64,000 nt of DNA from positions 31,496-95,495 of the forward strand of contig JBCBDZ010000001.1 of the NCBI GenBank assembly GCA_038529225.1, in the 5' to 3' direction. The position numbers and the translations under genes were made by a program. Each line of letters begins with the position of its first letter. Position 1 is the stretch's first letter. The stretch comes from Pseudomonadota bacterium (GTDB taxonomy: Bacteria > Pseudomonadota > Alphaproteobacteria > Rhodobacterales > Rhodobacteraceae). The notes under the pieces were generated by a model. That model was given only the letters and a program-made list of their open reading frames with translations, did no database searches and was not told the origin of the DNA. This document shows, piece by piece, positions 29,291-40,524 of the stretch.

Positions 29291-29998
29291 ATGATGAAAA
29301 AATCATTACTCTTGGCAGGCGCGGCCGTTCTTGCGCTGAGCTCCGCAGCGACAGCTGCTACATTTAGTGTTGATGGCGTCAAAGGCGTTATACCTGCTTC
29401 TGGCCAGACCAACGAAGTTTTGACCAATGTGTTTGGTATGGGGTCCGCCGCGGGTTTCTTCGGCTCGGAAGTATCCATCAGTGATGCCGCGACCATCCAA
29501 GTAAGCTACTTTGGTTACGAAGCGGGTTTCACGAACTCGTTTGAAATCGCAGGCACAGGTGGCACCAGCGCAAGCTTTTCGACCGGCGTGCCAAGTTTCC
29601 TCTATGCAGACAATGCAGCGACACCGATCTTGACAGAAACCATCACGGTGGCTGCAGGTGTGCTTGACTTCTCGTTCAGCACATTGGGTGACGTGATAAC
29701 GTCTGCTGCCACAGTCGAGAACGACCGGACCAAAATGGGTGCGAACACCGACAACAGTGCCTCGCCAGCCATTGCGAATTTCTTCTCATCGCTTTCGACG
29801 TCTGCTGAGACCGTGTTCCTGTTCTTTGATGATGCAGGCGGCGGCGATGACGACAACCACGACGACTTCGTCGTGAGCCTGAGCATGTTGCCTCCGGGCC
29901 AGGAGCCCGAGCCCGTTCCGCTGCCGGCCGGTGGTCTGCTGCTGATCGGTGGTCTGGGCGCGTTTGCCATGGCACGCCGTCGCAAGACCAAAGCCTGA
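29291..29998 (+). CDS. VPLPA-CTERM sorting-domain surface protein
   Basis: Signal peptide MMKKSLLLAGAAVLALSSAATAA. C-terminus VPLPAGGLLLIGGLGAFAMARRRKTKA. Confidence 0.93.
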   Translation: MMKKSLLLAGAAVLALSSAATAATFSVDGVKGVIPASGQTNEVLTNVFGMGSAAGFFGSEVSISDAATIQVSYFGYEAGFTNSFEIAGTGGTSASFSTGVPSFLYADNAATPILTETITVAAGVLDFSFSTLGDVITSAATVENDRTKMGANTDNSASPAIANFFSSLSTSAETVFLFFDDAGGGDDDNHDDFVVSLSMLPPGQEPEPVPLPAGGLLLIGGLGAFAMARRRKTKA

Positions 29999-30022
29999 TC
30001 CGATCCAGGACACGTCATGATG

Positions 30023-30050
30023 CAGGGGCCCGCGGGCCCCTGTTTTCGTT
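30023..30050 (+). terminator. Rho-independent terminator
   Basis: CAGGGGCC-CGCG-GGCCCCTG followed by TTTTCGTT, downstream of the VPLPA gene. Confidence 0.75.
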
Positions 30051-30076
30051 TCAGGCAGACAGCCTCAGCCTAAACG

Positions 30077-31504
30077 CTACCCCCGCGCATAGACATCCTC
30101 GTAGCGAATGATGTCATCCTCACCCAGATAGGACCCGGTCTGCACTTCGATCAGCACCATGGGCACCTTGCCGGGGTTTTCCATCCGGTGCACCGCCCCC
30201 AGCGGGATGTAGACGGACTGGTTTTCGGTCACCAGCCGCACCTCGTCATCGATGGTCACCTTCGCGGTGCCTTCCACCACGATCCAGTGTTCCGCCCGGT
30301 GGTGATGGCTTTGCAGCGACAGCGCCGCGCCCGGATTGACCACAATCCGCTTGACCTGAAAGCGGCGGCCGATGACCAGGCTTTCGAACCAGCCCCAGGG
30401 CCGGTGATCGCGGGGAAAGGTTTCGGCCTGCAGCACATCCTTGGCCTTGAGCGTGCTCACCGCGCGCTTGACGTCCTGGGCGCGGGATTTGTCGGCCACC
30501 AGCACCGCGTCCGGCATCGCCACCGCGATGATGTTGTCGAGACCAATACCCACGATCTGCTGTTTCTCATCCTCGGACCGCAACAAGCTGTCGCGACACT
30601 CGATCGCCGTAGCGGCCCCATGCAACGATACCCCGTTTTCATCCGGCCCCGCTTCGCGCCAGACCGCGTCCCAGCCGCCCAGATCGGACCAGCCCGCCCC
30701 AAAGGGCACAACCACCAGATCGCGGACCTTTTCCATCACCGCATAATCGATCGAGATATCGTCGAGCTGCGCCCAGGCCGCGGGATCGATCCGCAAAAAG
30801 CCAAGGTCCGGTTGCGCCGCATCAAGGGCCTGCCGCACCAATGCAACCATGTCCGGCGCAAGCGCCTCGTAGGCCGCAACGATGGTGGGCACCGAGAACA
30901 TGAAAATGCCCGCGTTCCACAGGTAATTGCCATCCGCCAGCATCGCCCGTGCGGTGTCCTGATCCGGCTTTTCGACAAAGCGTTTGAGCGGGACAGGGGC
31001 GCAGCCTTCGGGCGTGCCCCCCATCTCGAGATAGCCATAGCCCGTCTCGGGCCGGTCGGGCGTGATTCCGAACGTCACCATCTGCCCCGCGGCCGCGGCA
31101 TTGGCCGCCACGTCGACCACCGCCAGAAAGGCGTCCGTGTCCGAAATCACGTGATCCGACGGGGCCACAAGCATCAGCGCCTCCGGGCTGCTGGCCTGCA
31201 GATGCAACGCCGCCGCCAGCACGGCCGGCGCGGTGTTGCGCCCTTCGGGTTCGATCAGGATCGCGCCCGGATCCACTCCGATGCCGGACATCTGTTCGGT
31301 CACGATAAAGCGGAAATCGGAATTGGTGACCACCGTGGGCGCTGCGAACCGCGGCCCCGACAGCCGCAGGGCCGAGGACTGAAACAGGCTCTCGTCCTGC
31401 ATCAGCCTGGAAAACTGCTTGGGATAGCTTTTGCGCGACAAGGGCCACAACCGCGACCCGGACCCTCCAGCCAGAAGAACAGGAGAAATAATGTGATGCG
31501 ACAT
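30077..31504 (-). CDS. manC: Mannose-1-phosphate guanylyltransferase / mannose-6-phosphate isomerase
   Basis: LAGGSGSRLWPLSR..PKQF, EPEGRNTAPA, FVEKPD, and the cupin motif SLQSHHHRAEHW. Confidence 0.95.
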   Translation of the reverse strand: MSHHIISPVLLAGGSGSRLWPLSRKSYPKQFSRLMQDESLFQSSALRLSGPRFAAPTVVTNSDFRFIVTEQMSGIGVDPGAILIEPEGRNTAPAVLAAALHLQASSPEALMLVAPSDHVISDTDAFLAVVDVAANAAAAGQMVTFGITPDRPETGYGYLEMGGTPEGCAPVPLKRFVEKPDQDTARAMLADGNYLWNAGIFMFSVPTIVAAYEALAPDMVALVRQALDAAQPDLGFLRIDPAAWAQLDDISIDYAVMEKVRDLVVVPFGAGWSDLGGWDAVWREAGPDENGVSLHGAATAIECRDSLLRSEDEKQQIVGIGLDNIIAVAMPDAVLVADKSRAQDVKRAVSTLKAKDVLQAETFPRDHRPWGWFESLVIGRRFQVKRIVVNPGAALSLQSHHHRAEHWIVVEGTAKVTIDDEVRLVTENQSVYIPLGAVHRMENPGKVPMVLIEVQTGSYLGEDDIIRYEDVYARG

Positions 31505-31804
31505 GATCCAGATCCAAACGTTGCCTGCCTGCTGTGTGTTAAGCGCGCCTGTTGTGTCAACGCTAGGGTAAATTGTGGGTTTCTTTCGGCGGACCGATGC
31601 TTCGGGGTCCCTCTCGGATCAGCGGGCAGGCAGAGCGCCGCTCTCGCTGTCCTGAACGCACACGGCTGCTCGTATCAAGCGGCACTTTATGAACAAAGTG
31701 CAGTTGGTTCATCCGCAACACAGTGTTCCCAAGAATTCGTTTGAATTTTCGGCACCTCATTGGCATAGGCGTACACATTTCAGGTTATGTGATCAGGATA
31801 CCGA

Positions 31805-32557
31805 ATGCTCAAACTAGCCAAAAAATCCATTCGGGCTGTTTTGAAATCTCAGGGGTTTGCTCTCTACAACACGAACCAGCCCCGTGTGTATAGCGAAGAC
31901 AACCTGAGCACGGACCACAACCACAGTTTCGTCAAGGATCCACGATTTATTGCCGCCTACGATCGGGCCAAGCAGGCCAATGGTGGCGTGGATCACATGA
32001 TGCGATGGCGTGCCCATGTGGCGTTTTGGGCAGCCCGCCACGCGGTCAACCTGAAAGGCGATTTCGTGGAATGCGGTGTGAGCACGGGGTTCCTGATGTC
32101 AGGGATCATGCAGGACCTCAACTGGAACACGCTTGAGCGCAACTGCTACCTCTTCGACACCTTCCAGGGCCTTGATGCGCGTTATACCAGCGAAACAGAA
32201 GCGCAGGATGGGCGTCTCAAGCGGTTTTCCGGCTTGCGCGAAGATGCCGTGCGCGAAAACTTCGCCGAATTTCACAACGTGCATTTCGTCGTTGGCACCG
32301 TTCCCGAAACGCTGGACAAGGTCGAGATCAATGAGGTCGCCTATCTGTCGCTGGACATGAACTGCACGGCACCGGAAATCGCGGCGTTCAGGCATTTCTA
32401 CCCCAAGCTTGTTCCGGGCGGATGGATCGTTTTGGATGACTATGCCTATTCAGGATATGATGAGCAGCACTATGCCTATAATGATCTGGCCAAGGAGATG
32501 GGCATCGAGATCCTGTGCCTGCCAACAGGGCAGGGACTGGTAACGAAACAGGGCTGA
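31805..32557 (+). CDS. TylF/MycF family O-methyltransferase
   Basis: GDFVECGV..G, LFDTFQG, LSLDMN and GGWIVLDDY. Confidence 0.85.
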   Translation: MLKLAKKSIRAVLKSQGFALYNTNQPRVYSEDNLSTDHNHSFVKDPRFIAAYDRAKQANGGVDHMMRWRAHVAFWAARHAVNLKGDFVECGVSTGFLMSGIMQDLNWNTLERNCYLFDTFQGLDARYTSETEAQDGRLKRFSGLREDAVRENFAEFHNVHFVVGTVPETLDKVEINEVAYLSLDMNCTAPEIAAFRHFYPKLVPGGWIVLDDYAYSGYDEQHYAYNDLAKEMGIEILCLPTGQGLVTKQG

Positions 32558-32793
32558 TTGGCGCGCGGATTTCCCAAAAGAACAGTTCCGAGCCCGCCTC
32601 CTAAGCATGTTCTCAACAAAGACGCGACAGGGGCGGCAGTGTTTCCCGTACCGCAAGAATCCCGCGAAAATGTCATCTTTTCAGCGCACGGTTTCGCTAC
32701 CATTGCAGCGCTATTCAGTATAGTTACACACAGGTTTCTTTCACGCATCCCGGCGCATTGCATGTACGTTATTCACAAGGCCCATTCTGACAC

Positions 32794-34383
32794 ATGACCT
32801 ATTTCAGCTCAGAAAAGCGATCCGTCGCCGCGTTCTTCAACCCCGGCATCCTGTGGCTGCTTATCGCCACCCTTTCGTCGATCGTGTTTTACTGGGAAGG
32901 GTACACCGCGCTCTTTGAAGCCTGGCAATTGCCGGAATACAGCCACGGGCCGCTGATCCCGATCCTGTCGGCGCTGCTGTTCCTGCGCCAGCTCAAGGAG
33001 GTGCCGGTCAACCACGGCGAGGTGCGCGACCGCGCGCCGGGCCTGTGGCTTCTGGGCTTTTCGCTGCTGCTGGCGCTGGCTGGCAAGCTCAGCAAGATCG
33101 ACGATATCGTGGCCTATGCCCAGATCCTGTGGGTCGGGGCGATCCTGCTGATTTCCTTTGGCTGGCAGGTGGGCAAGCATTTCTGGCCGCCGGTCCTGCA
33201 CCTTGTCTACATGCTGCCGCTGCCGGGCGTGTTCTACTATAAGCTCTCGACCTGGCTGCAAAAGGTGTCCTCCGAATTCGGGGTCTGGCTCCTGCAGCAG
33301 ATCAATGTGCCCGTCTATCTCGAGGGCAACATCATTGATCTGGGCGCGCTCAAGCTGCACGTGGCCGAGGCCTGTTCGGGGCTGAACTATCTGTTCCCGA
33401 TCCTGTCGTTTTCCTACATCTTTGCCGTGCTCTACCGCGGGCCCATGTGGCACAAGGCGGTGCTTTTGCTGGCCGCAGCCCCCATCACGGTCGGGATGAA
33501 CTCGGTCCGGATCGCCATCGCCGGCTGGATTGCCCAGAACTGGGGCACCGATCACCTCGAAGGGTTCACCCATTTCTTCGAAGGCTGGGTGATCTTCATG
33601 ATCTGCATCGTGCTGCTGTTCCTGCTGGCCTGGATCATGCTGCTCTTTCGTCGCGACCGCGTGTCCTTGCCCGATGCGCTGGACCTGGACACATCGGGCC
33701 TTGGCACGCAGGCGATGCGCCTGACGCTGGTGCAGCCCTCGCGGATCCTCATCACAGCTTCGCTGATCACCGTTCTGGGTGCCGTGGCCTGGCACGTACG
33801 TCCGCAGGTGGCGCAGGTCGATGTGGTGCGCGACCCCTTTGCCATCTTCCCCAGACAGATGGGCGAATGGCAGTCCTCGCCACCACGCCCGCTGAGCGAA
33901 AGCGTGGAGATCGTGCTGGCCGCGGATGACTACCACTCGGTGCAGCTGGCCAGTGCCAACCATGCCGCCACGGTGGGGCTGTTCATGGCCTGGTATGATG
34001 ACCAGAGCGATGGCGGCACCCACTCACCCGAGGTGTGCCTGCCCGGAGGGGGCTGGGAGATTGCCTGGCTCGAACGTGTCGACATCGCACCGGAACTGGG
34101 CCTGGCCGAAGAGTTCAACCTGAACCGCGCCGTGATCCAGAAGGGCGAGACGCGCATGGTCGGCTATTACTGGTTCGAACAACAGGGCCGCCACATCGCC
34201 TGGGATTTCGCCGCCAAGTTCTGGCTCCTGTGGAACGGGATTTCCCAGGGGCGCACGGACGGTGCCATGGTGCGCCTGCTCACGGTTGTGGAACGGGGCG
34301 AGACCGAGAAAGAAGCCGAAGCGCGCCTGCAATCGGTCTTTCTCGAGATGCACGGCATCCTGCCGCGGTTCATTCCCGAATAG
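32794..34383 (+). CDS. xrtD: Exosortase D (VPLPA-CTERM-specific) with C-terminal EpsI domain
   Basis: EYSHGPLIP, VAEACSGL (catalytic Cys), NSVRI, HFFEGW, and EpsI motifs HSPEVCLPGGGW and RTDGAMVRL. Confidence 0.92.
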   Translation: MTYFSSEKRSVAAFFNPGILWLLIATLSSIVFYWEGYTALFEAWQLPEYSHGPLIPILSALLFLRQLKEVPVNHGEVRDRAPGLWLLGFSLLLALAGKLSKIDDIVAYAQILWVGAILLISFGWQVGKHFWPPVLHLVYMLPLPGVFYYKLSTWLQKVSSEFGVWLLQQINVPVYLEGNIIDLGALKLHVAEACSGLNYLFPILSFSYIFAVLYRGPMWHKAVLLLAAAPITVGMNSVRIAIAGWIAQNWGTDHLEGFTHFFEGWVIFMICIVLLFLLAWIMLLFRRDRVSLPDALDLDTSGLGTQAMRLTLVQPSRILITASLITVLGAVAWHVRPQVAQVDVVRDPFAIFPRQMGEWQSSPPRPLSESVEIVLAADDYHSVQLASANHAATVGLFMAWYDDQSDGGTHSPEVCLPGGGWEIAWLERVDIAPELGLAEEFNLNRAVIQKGETRMVGYYWFEQQGRHIAWDFAAKFWLLWNGISQGRTDGAMVRLLTVVERGETEKEAEARLQSVFLEMHGILPRFIPE

Positions 34384-34387
34384 GCCA

Positions 34388-34405
34388 CCGCATCCCGGGA
34401 TGCGG
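34388..34405. terminator. Perfect 18-bp palindrome between convergent genes (likely bidirectional terminator hairpin)
   Basis: CCGCATCCCGGGATGCGG between the xrtD stop and the esterase-like gene stop. No U-tract. Confidence 0.45.
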
Positions 34406-34406
34406 G

Positions 34407-35297
34407 CTATGGCGCGTTCACCTGAAACCCGAGAAACTGGGTGCGCCCCGGTTTGACACCGTTGTTGTCGGACACCACGGTCAGGCGCGTTACGGGGCCG
34501 TCCTGCCAGGCTGCAATGCCTTCGAGATTGTCAAAAGCCCCCATGCGACTGGTCCAGAGCGTCGTGACCGCGTCAGGGGTGTCCACATCCAGACCGGTAA
34601 TCCGGCTTTGCCACCACCGGCCCAGGATGTGGCGGCGTTCCAGCAGGTACAAGCGCCCCTGCGCGTCGAAATCGGCGCCCACGATGGCATAGCGGTTGCG
34701 CCGTGGCACATGGCCCGCGATCTCCCAGACGTCGTCCTGCAAGCGGTACACCGCAAAACCCTGCGCCAGCGGCGCCTCGGCAAAGGCATAGAGCGTGCCG
34801 TCAGGATGCAGGGCCAGCGCCTCGAGCTGCCGGTTGTCGGCATAATCGGCAAAGCTCGGGTGCGGCCGCACCAGCGTGCCACCGTCCTCCGGCCCGCGAT
34901 AGCGGACCACCCGGGCCCAGCGTTCGAACGAGATCCACATCGTGTCGTCCGGAGCAATGGCGAGCCCTTCGGCATCCGACAAATCACCGACACGGCGGGC
35001 CGAAACGGGCCAGCCATCAATGCCGAGGATCGGCAGGTAGTCGGTCAGCGCAACACCGGTGATTGCCCCGTCTGCCCGGTCGAACCGCCCGCTCAGATAC
35101 CAGCCGCGGTCCCCGATGGCGTGAAACACGGCACCCCCGTCATCCACCTCCAGCGCCGACAGCCCGACAACGGCGTCAGAGGTCCAGGTATAGGTGTGCA
35201 TATGTGCGACGGAGTGTTCTGCCCAATGCCCGGAGGCGGCTGTCACGACGACCAGAAATACGGACGCATAGAACGCTTTGGAAAACAGTCTGGTCAT
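34407..35297 (-). CDS. Esterase-like activity of phytase family protein (secreted beta-propeller)
   Basis: Signal peptide, GLSAL, DAEGLA, ISFE, NLEGI and VSDNN motifs. Confidence 0.8.
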   Translation of the reverse strand: MTRLFSKAFYASVFLVVVTAASGHWAEHSVAHMHTYTWTSDAVVGLSALEVDDGGAVFHAIGDRGWYLSGRFDRADGAITGVALTDYLPILGIDGWPVSARRVGDLSDAEGLAIAPDDTMWISFERWARVVRYRGPEDGGTLVRPHPSFADYADNRQLEALALHPDGTLYAFAEAPLAQGFAVYRLQDDVWEIAGHVPRRNRYAIVGADFDAQGRLYLLERRHILGRWWQSRITGLDVDTPDAVTTLWTSRMGAFDNLEGIAAWQDGPVTRLTVVSDNNGVKPGRTQFLGFQVNAP

Positions 35298-35771
35298 ATG
35301 CGGTCTCGGGGCAGGGTCTGGTCCGGAACCCCTTTATGTCAGACGGGTCCGAATGGCCACGGGTCCTGTCAGCGCGAGGCCTGCGCAGACTGCAAATACA
35401 CGCCCTATTTCCTGCCAGTTTCAGTCTGTCAGCCATGCTCTCAAGGCAGGACACAAAACATCAGACAGCGGCAGACCGCGGGAACCGACATTTTGGCGTC
35501 TTGTCACTTGCCGATTTGCGGGGAAGGCCCTGGTGAATATCGCAGCGCCCCGCGATGATCTCCTATCAGATAACATGTTGTTTTCTAATAGGAGTCGCAC
35601 TTCAAAGTAGCGCACGCGCCCCCTTACAGTTTTATCACCTGTAAGTTTGATTATGGTATTTTTTACCAGAACATGTGTTTGCGCTCTTTCCAGAAATCTG
35701 CCAAATCCACGAGGCACGCACGCCACCGCACCTCCAGCCTTCACCGACCTCAAAAGAAGACAAACACGCCT

Positions 35772-36773
35772 ATGCGCCGCACGCTTTATCTGCATATCGG
35801 AAGCCACCGCACCGGGACAACTTCGATACAACGCTTCATGCAGAAGAACTTTGCGACACTGACAAAGCGCGGATTTCTTTATCCTTATCAGGTGTCGCGG
35901 CACATCAGGCTGATAAACGAGCTGTTTTCGGGCCAAAAGACCGTAAAGGACGCGGCGCAAAATCTGACGGAACGGGCTGATCGCTGGAGCAGCGTTCACT
36001 CCATTGTCCTGAGTGACGAAGACATCAATACCCGCAAAGACCTCTCCCTGTTGGCGGAGTTTCAAAAGGATTTCGACGTCAAAATCGTCTTTTTCATCCG
36101 GCGGCAGGATCTGTGGCTGGAAAGCTGGTACTTCCAGAATATCAAATGGCAATGGAACCCGACACTCAGCCATTGTACTTTCGAACAATTCCTGTCCCAC
36201 CGGGACACGTTTCACTGGATCCGCTATGATCGCTACGTGGCCCGGCTCGAGGCCCTTTTCGGGGCCGAAAACGTGCATCTCGCCATCTTCGAAAAGCCGC
36301 AGATGCCGGACGGGCCGGTCACCGAATTCTGCCGCCAGATCGGCCTCACCAACATGACAGGTCTGACCACGCCACAGCATTTCAACGCATCCATGTCCGC
36401 GGAAATGGTCGCATTCATCCGCCATTTGCCGCTGGACAGTTTCAATCCGCCGGAACGGGATCTGCTGCGCGTGGCTCTGGAACAGGTGGACCGGGTTCAC
36501 CTCAAGAACACAGCCAGGCAGAGCGAACGTATCATGCCCCATGATCTGCGCTGTTCCATCCTGCGGGAATATGAAGAAGGCAACGCCGCACTCGCAACGC
36601 GCCGTTTCGGGCGCAAACACTTGTTTCTGGAGCCCCTGCCGGCCCCCGATGCCCCCTTGGCGCGGCTCGATCTACCGGCAGACCCAAGCGAGGTCATCCA
36701 CCGTTTTGTGGGTCCACTCCTGACGCGCCTGGTTCAAAACAAGACGATCTCGGGCGATAATCCCAAGCCCTGA
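35772..36773 (+). CDS. Sulfotransferase-like P-loop protein
   Basis: LYLHIGSHRTGTTSIQ, VLSDED, RRQDLWLESWY. Confidence 0.7.
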   Translation: MRRTLYLHIGSHRTGTTSIQRFMQKNFATLTKRGFLYPYQVSRHIRLINELFSGQKTVKDAAQNLTERADRWSSVHSIVLSDEDINTRKDLSLLAEFQKDFDVKIVFFIRRQDLWLESWYFQNIKWQWNPTLSHCTFEQFLSHRDTFHWIRYDRYVARLEALFGAENVHLAIFEKPQMPDGPVTEFCRQIGLTNMTGLTTPQHFNASMSAEMVAFIRHLPLDSFNPPERDLLRVALEQVDRVHLKNTARQSERIMPHDLRCSILREYEEGNAALATRRFGRKHLFLEPLPAPDAPLARLDLPADPSEVIHRFVGPLLTRLVQNKTISGDNPKP

Positions 36774-36782
36774 CCCTCTGGC

Positions 36783-37925
<1,143 letters not shown>

Positions 37926-38023
37926 TCACCCGCAGCGCTCTGCCGCCATCGTCCCGTCTGGCACGACGCCCGGGCAATCTGCAACCATCACTGGAGATGC
38001 CGGCACCAGAGCCGACCAGCCTC

Positions 38024-39814
38024 TCAACCGTCTGTGTTCTCCAGACCAAGCGCCGTTTTCCAGAACGATACGCGCGTCTTGTCCTGATAGCCCTCCCGCC
38101 AGCGGTCCCGCAGCGCGCCATAGTCACGCCAGATCGCCCAGGCATGGCCCAGCATATTGCAGGTCGCTGCCCAGGCACGGCGCTTGGAGTGGGCGACGGT
38201 ATAGCTGCGCGTGCCATCGACGGAGTGATACGTGATGCGTGCCGCCCCCCAGACCGGACGGATCGCACCGCGCCGCGCAGCAGGCAAGGTGATCCTGTTG
38301 CCAATGAGGCCAAAGCCGGGCAGCAGATGACCGTTCAGGGTGCACTTCATCAAAAATCGCGGCCCGCGCCAATGGGACGGCAGGTGCAACCGGTCCTGCG
38401 TGTCGGATGCCTGCGCCACGCTGCGCCAGCGTTCCATGTCCGTGCCTGCCGCAATGTCCCGGCGCCGCGCAGCCAGATCTGCGTTATCTGCAAAATATCC
38501 TGGCCCCGCCCGGACATCGCCAAGGGCAAGCACCACAGCGTCCAACGTGTCGTAATGGCACAGGATGAGGCTGCGCAGATGAAACCGCAGGATGATCTTC
38601 AAAAGGCCCATGCGCCCGATCTCCATCTGCGGCAGCGACAGATGGTGCGCCAGGTGGCTGCGCAGGTCGAGATAGACCGTCAGCGGCGTCTCCTTGACCG
38701 AAAAATCCTCATCTTGCAGCGACATCACCCCTGGCAGCGTGACCGGGACAAAATCATGCACCAGCGAAAAGCTCACATCATCACCGCGTACGAAGAACGG
38801 GAACGGCATGTGTCGGACACCGTCCACCGGAAACGCAAAATACCACCAGCCGCCGTAGAAATTGTCCGGCGCCCTGGCCGTGCTGGCAAATTCCATCGCC
38901 AGGGTCTCGGTCAGGTCGCGCAGATCCGTGCCGTTGAAGAGAGGGCGGCAGACCTGATGAAAAAGCGCCCCGTTCTCCCACAATTCCCAAGATCCCCGGA
39001 CCGTGGCCACAGCGCCCGCAACAGCCGTGCCGGAATCGGTGGCATAGGCCAAAAACGTCCAGGTCCGTTCAATGGCTTCCATATGCACCGCCGCATCATC
39101 ATCCATGAACAGGCAATGTGTGGCGCGCCGGTCCTGGGCGGCCAGCAAGCCGCGGGCAAAGCCGCCTGAGCCGCCCAGATTGGCATTGGCGATGACGGTC
39201 ACGTTCGGGGCGGGCGGGATATCCGCGCTTTGGCCGTTGTCAACGATTGTCAGGTGCAGATGCTCCGCAATGGGGCTGGTCCTTGCAAAGCGGGCAAAAC
39301 GCTCTGCCGTGCGTGCCACCGCCGCTTCGCGCTGAAATGTGGTCACGGACACCATCAGATCGGGTGTGCGCCGCGGTGCTGCATCGGTCTGCCAATGGGC
39401 ACCGTTCAGATGCCCCTCCCCCTGTGCCGTGATCTCGAAAAACAGCACACCGCGCGGGTCAAACCCGTTTGGGGGGGCCACATCGAATATATGCACACCG
39501 TCCAAAGCAACCACGTCCTGCACCACCCGTTCCCGGGGGCGGTCGGGATGGGCATAAAACACCGTCAGCTCAAACCGGCCCACGCCCTCCAGCGCCAGAC
39601 AAAGCGTCTCTAACCCGCAATGGATGTGCCACTTTCCGCTGTTGAAGAGGTTGTAATACGTGCCGAAATCCGCCCGCGCCCCGGGAGTGAAATCAATCCG
39701 CGGTGCCTCTATCGACAACGCGGCACCGGCGCTCAGCCTGACATACAGATCATGTTCCGTGCTGAACCCCGGTTCTGGCCAGATCAGGCTTTGCAATCGG
39801 GTCTGGGATGTCAT
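38024..39814 (-). CDS. Galactofuranosyltransferase GlfT2-like (GT2)
   Basis: NLGGSGGFARG, FMDDDA, GGWWYFAF and FFVRGDD. Co-directional with and upstream of glf. Confidence 0.75.
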   Translation of the reverse strand: MTSQTRLQSLIWPEPGFSTEHDLYVRLSAGAALSIEAPRIDFTPGARADFGTYYNLFNSGKWHIHCGLETLCLALEGVGRFELTVFYAHPDRPRERVVQDVVALDGVHIFDVAPPNGFDPRGVLFFEITAQGEGHLNGAHWQTDAAPRRTPDLMVSVTTFQREAAVARTAERFARFARTSPIAEHLHLTIVDNGQSADIPPAPNVTVIANANLGGSGGFARGLLAAQDRRATHCLFMDDDAAVHMEAIERTWTFLAYATDSGTAVAGAVATVRGSWELWENGALFHQVCRPLFNGTDLRDLTETLAMEFASTARAPDNFYGGWWYFAFPVDGVRHMPFPFFVRGDDVSFSLVHDFVPVTLPGVMSLQDEDFSVKETPLTVYLDLRSHLAHHLSLPQMEIGRMGLLKIILRFHLRSLILCHYDTLDAVVLALGDVRAGPGYFADNADLAARRRDIAAGTDMERWRSVAQASDTQDRLHLPSHWRGPRFLMKCTLNGHLLPGFGLIGNRITLPAARRGAIRPVWGAARITYHSVDGTRSYTVAHSKRRAWAATCNMLGHAWAIWRDYGALRDRWREGYQDKTRVSFWKTALGLENTDG

Positions 39815-39987
39815 GGTCGGGATTGCCGCTCGCATATGTCCTGTTCTGACCCAAACGCTGGGGCTCGGGATCCGACACGCCCATGTATCACCTTAATGAC
39901 GCCCTGCGACAGGGGTGCCTGCGCACCCCCCTGTCCATCCCCCCGATAAACACTCATAAATGGCGCGATCAATCGCAAGAGGGTCCC

Positions 39988-40524
39988 ATGTGGAAAAAAG
40001 CGGGAAGCCGCGCAGATGGTCCGGGAAACCAGACGCTGGAGGCAATGCGGGCCCAGGTGTCCGAGGGCGCGCTGGCCTCCAGCGTGACCTTCACGCGCGG
40101 GCTGAGACTGCATGCTGACCCGGCGCTGGAGCTTGCGGGGCAGTATCGGTCGCCGCCCGGACAGCTGCTGGAGCTTGATGTCCGGGCCGGGCCCGATCCC
40201 GGCGATTGGGTGGCGCTGCATCTGGCGCTGCGGCTGGATGATCTGAGCGCCGCGGGTGTTGTCGGCTTTGCCACACGTATGGCCGCCCCCGAGACGCTGA
40301 TGGTGCGCGCCTGTGTGCGCTCCGGGACCGATGCGGGCTTTACCGACTGCTTTTTCGACAAACATCTTTTGGTCCACGCGCATGAGACCAGCCATGTGGA
40401 TGCCCTGCATGTGGGCAAACGCGCGGATCTGCCAATGCGCGCGCCCTGGCGCGACGTGATCCTGTTCATGCCCACCCGCGCCTTTCAGCTGTCGCTGATC
40501 GACATGCGTGTCTTTGTCGTATGA
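39988..40524 (+). CDS. Conserved hypothetical protein (beta-rich, Rhodobacteraceae capsule-cluster type)
   Basis: Start at MWKKAG. ATGA overlap with the downstream GT2 supports a real gene. Confidence 0.55.
   Translation: MWKKAGSRADGPGNQTLEAMRAQVSEGALASSVTFTRGLRLHADPALELAGQYRSPPGQLLELDVRAGPDPGDWVALHLALRLDDLSAAGVVGFATRMAAPETLMVRACVRSGTDAGFTDCFFDKHLLVHAHETSHVDALHVGKRADLPMRAPWRDVILFMPTRAFQLSLIDMRVFVV

Noticed and set aside
30188-31744. 518-aa plus-strand ORF (and similar long ORFs opposite parA, xrtD, kpsE and the large GT)
   Set aside because: Shadow ORFs on the opposite strand of well-supported genes.
29291-34383. Exosortase D / VPLPA-CTERM system as a novel system
   Set aside because: Already a described protein-sorting system associated with EPS loci in Rhodobacteraceae.
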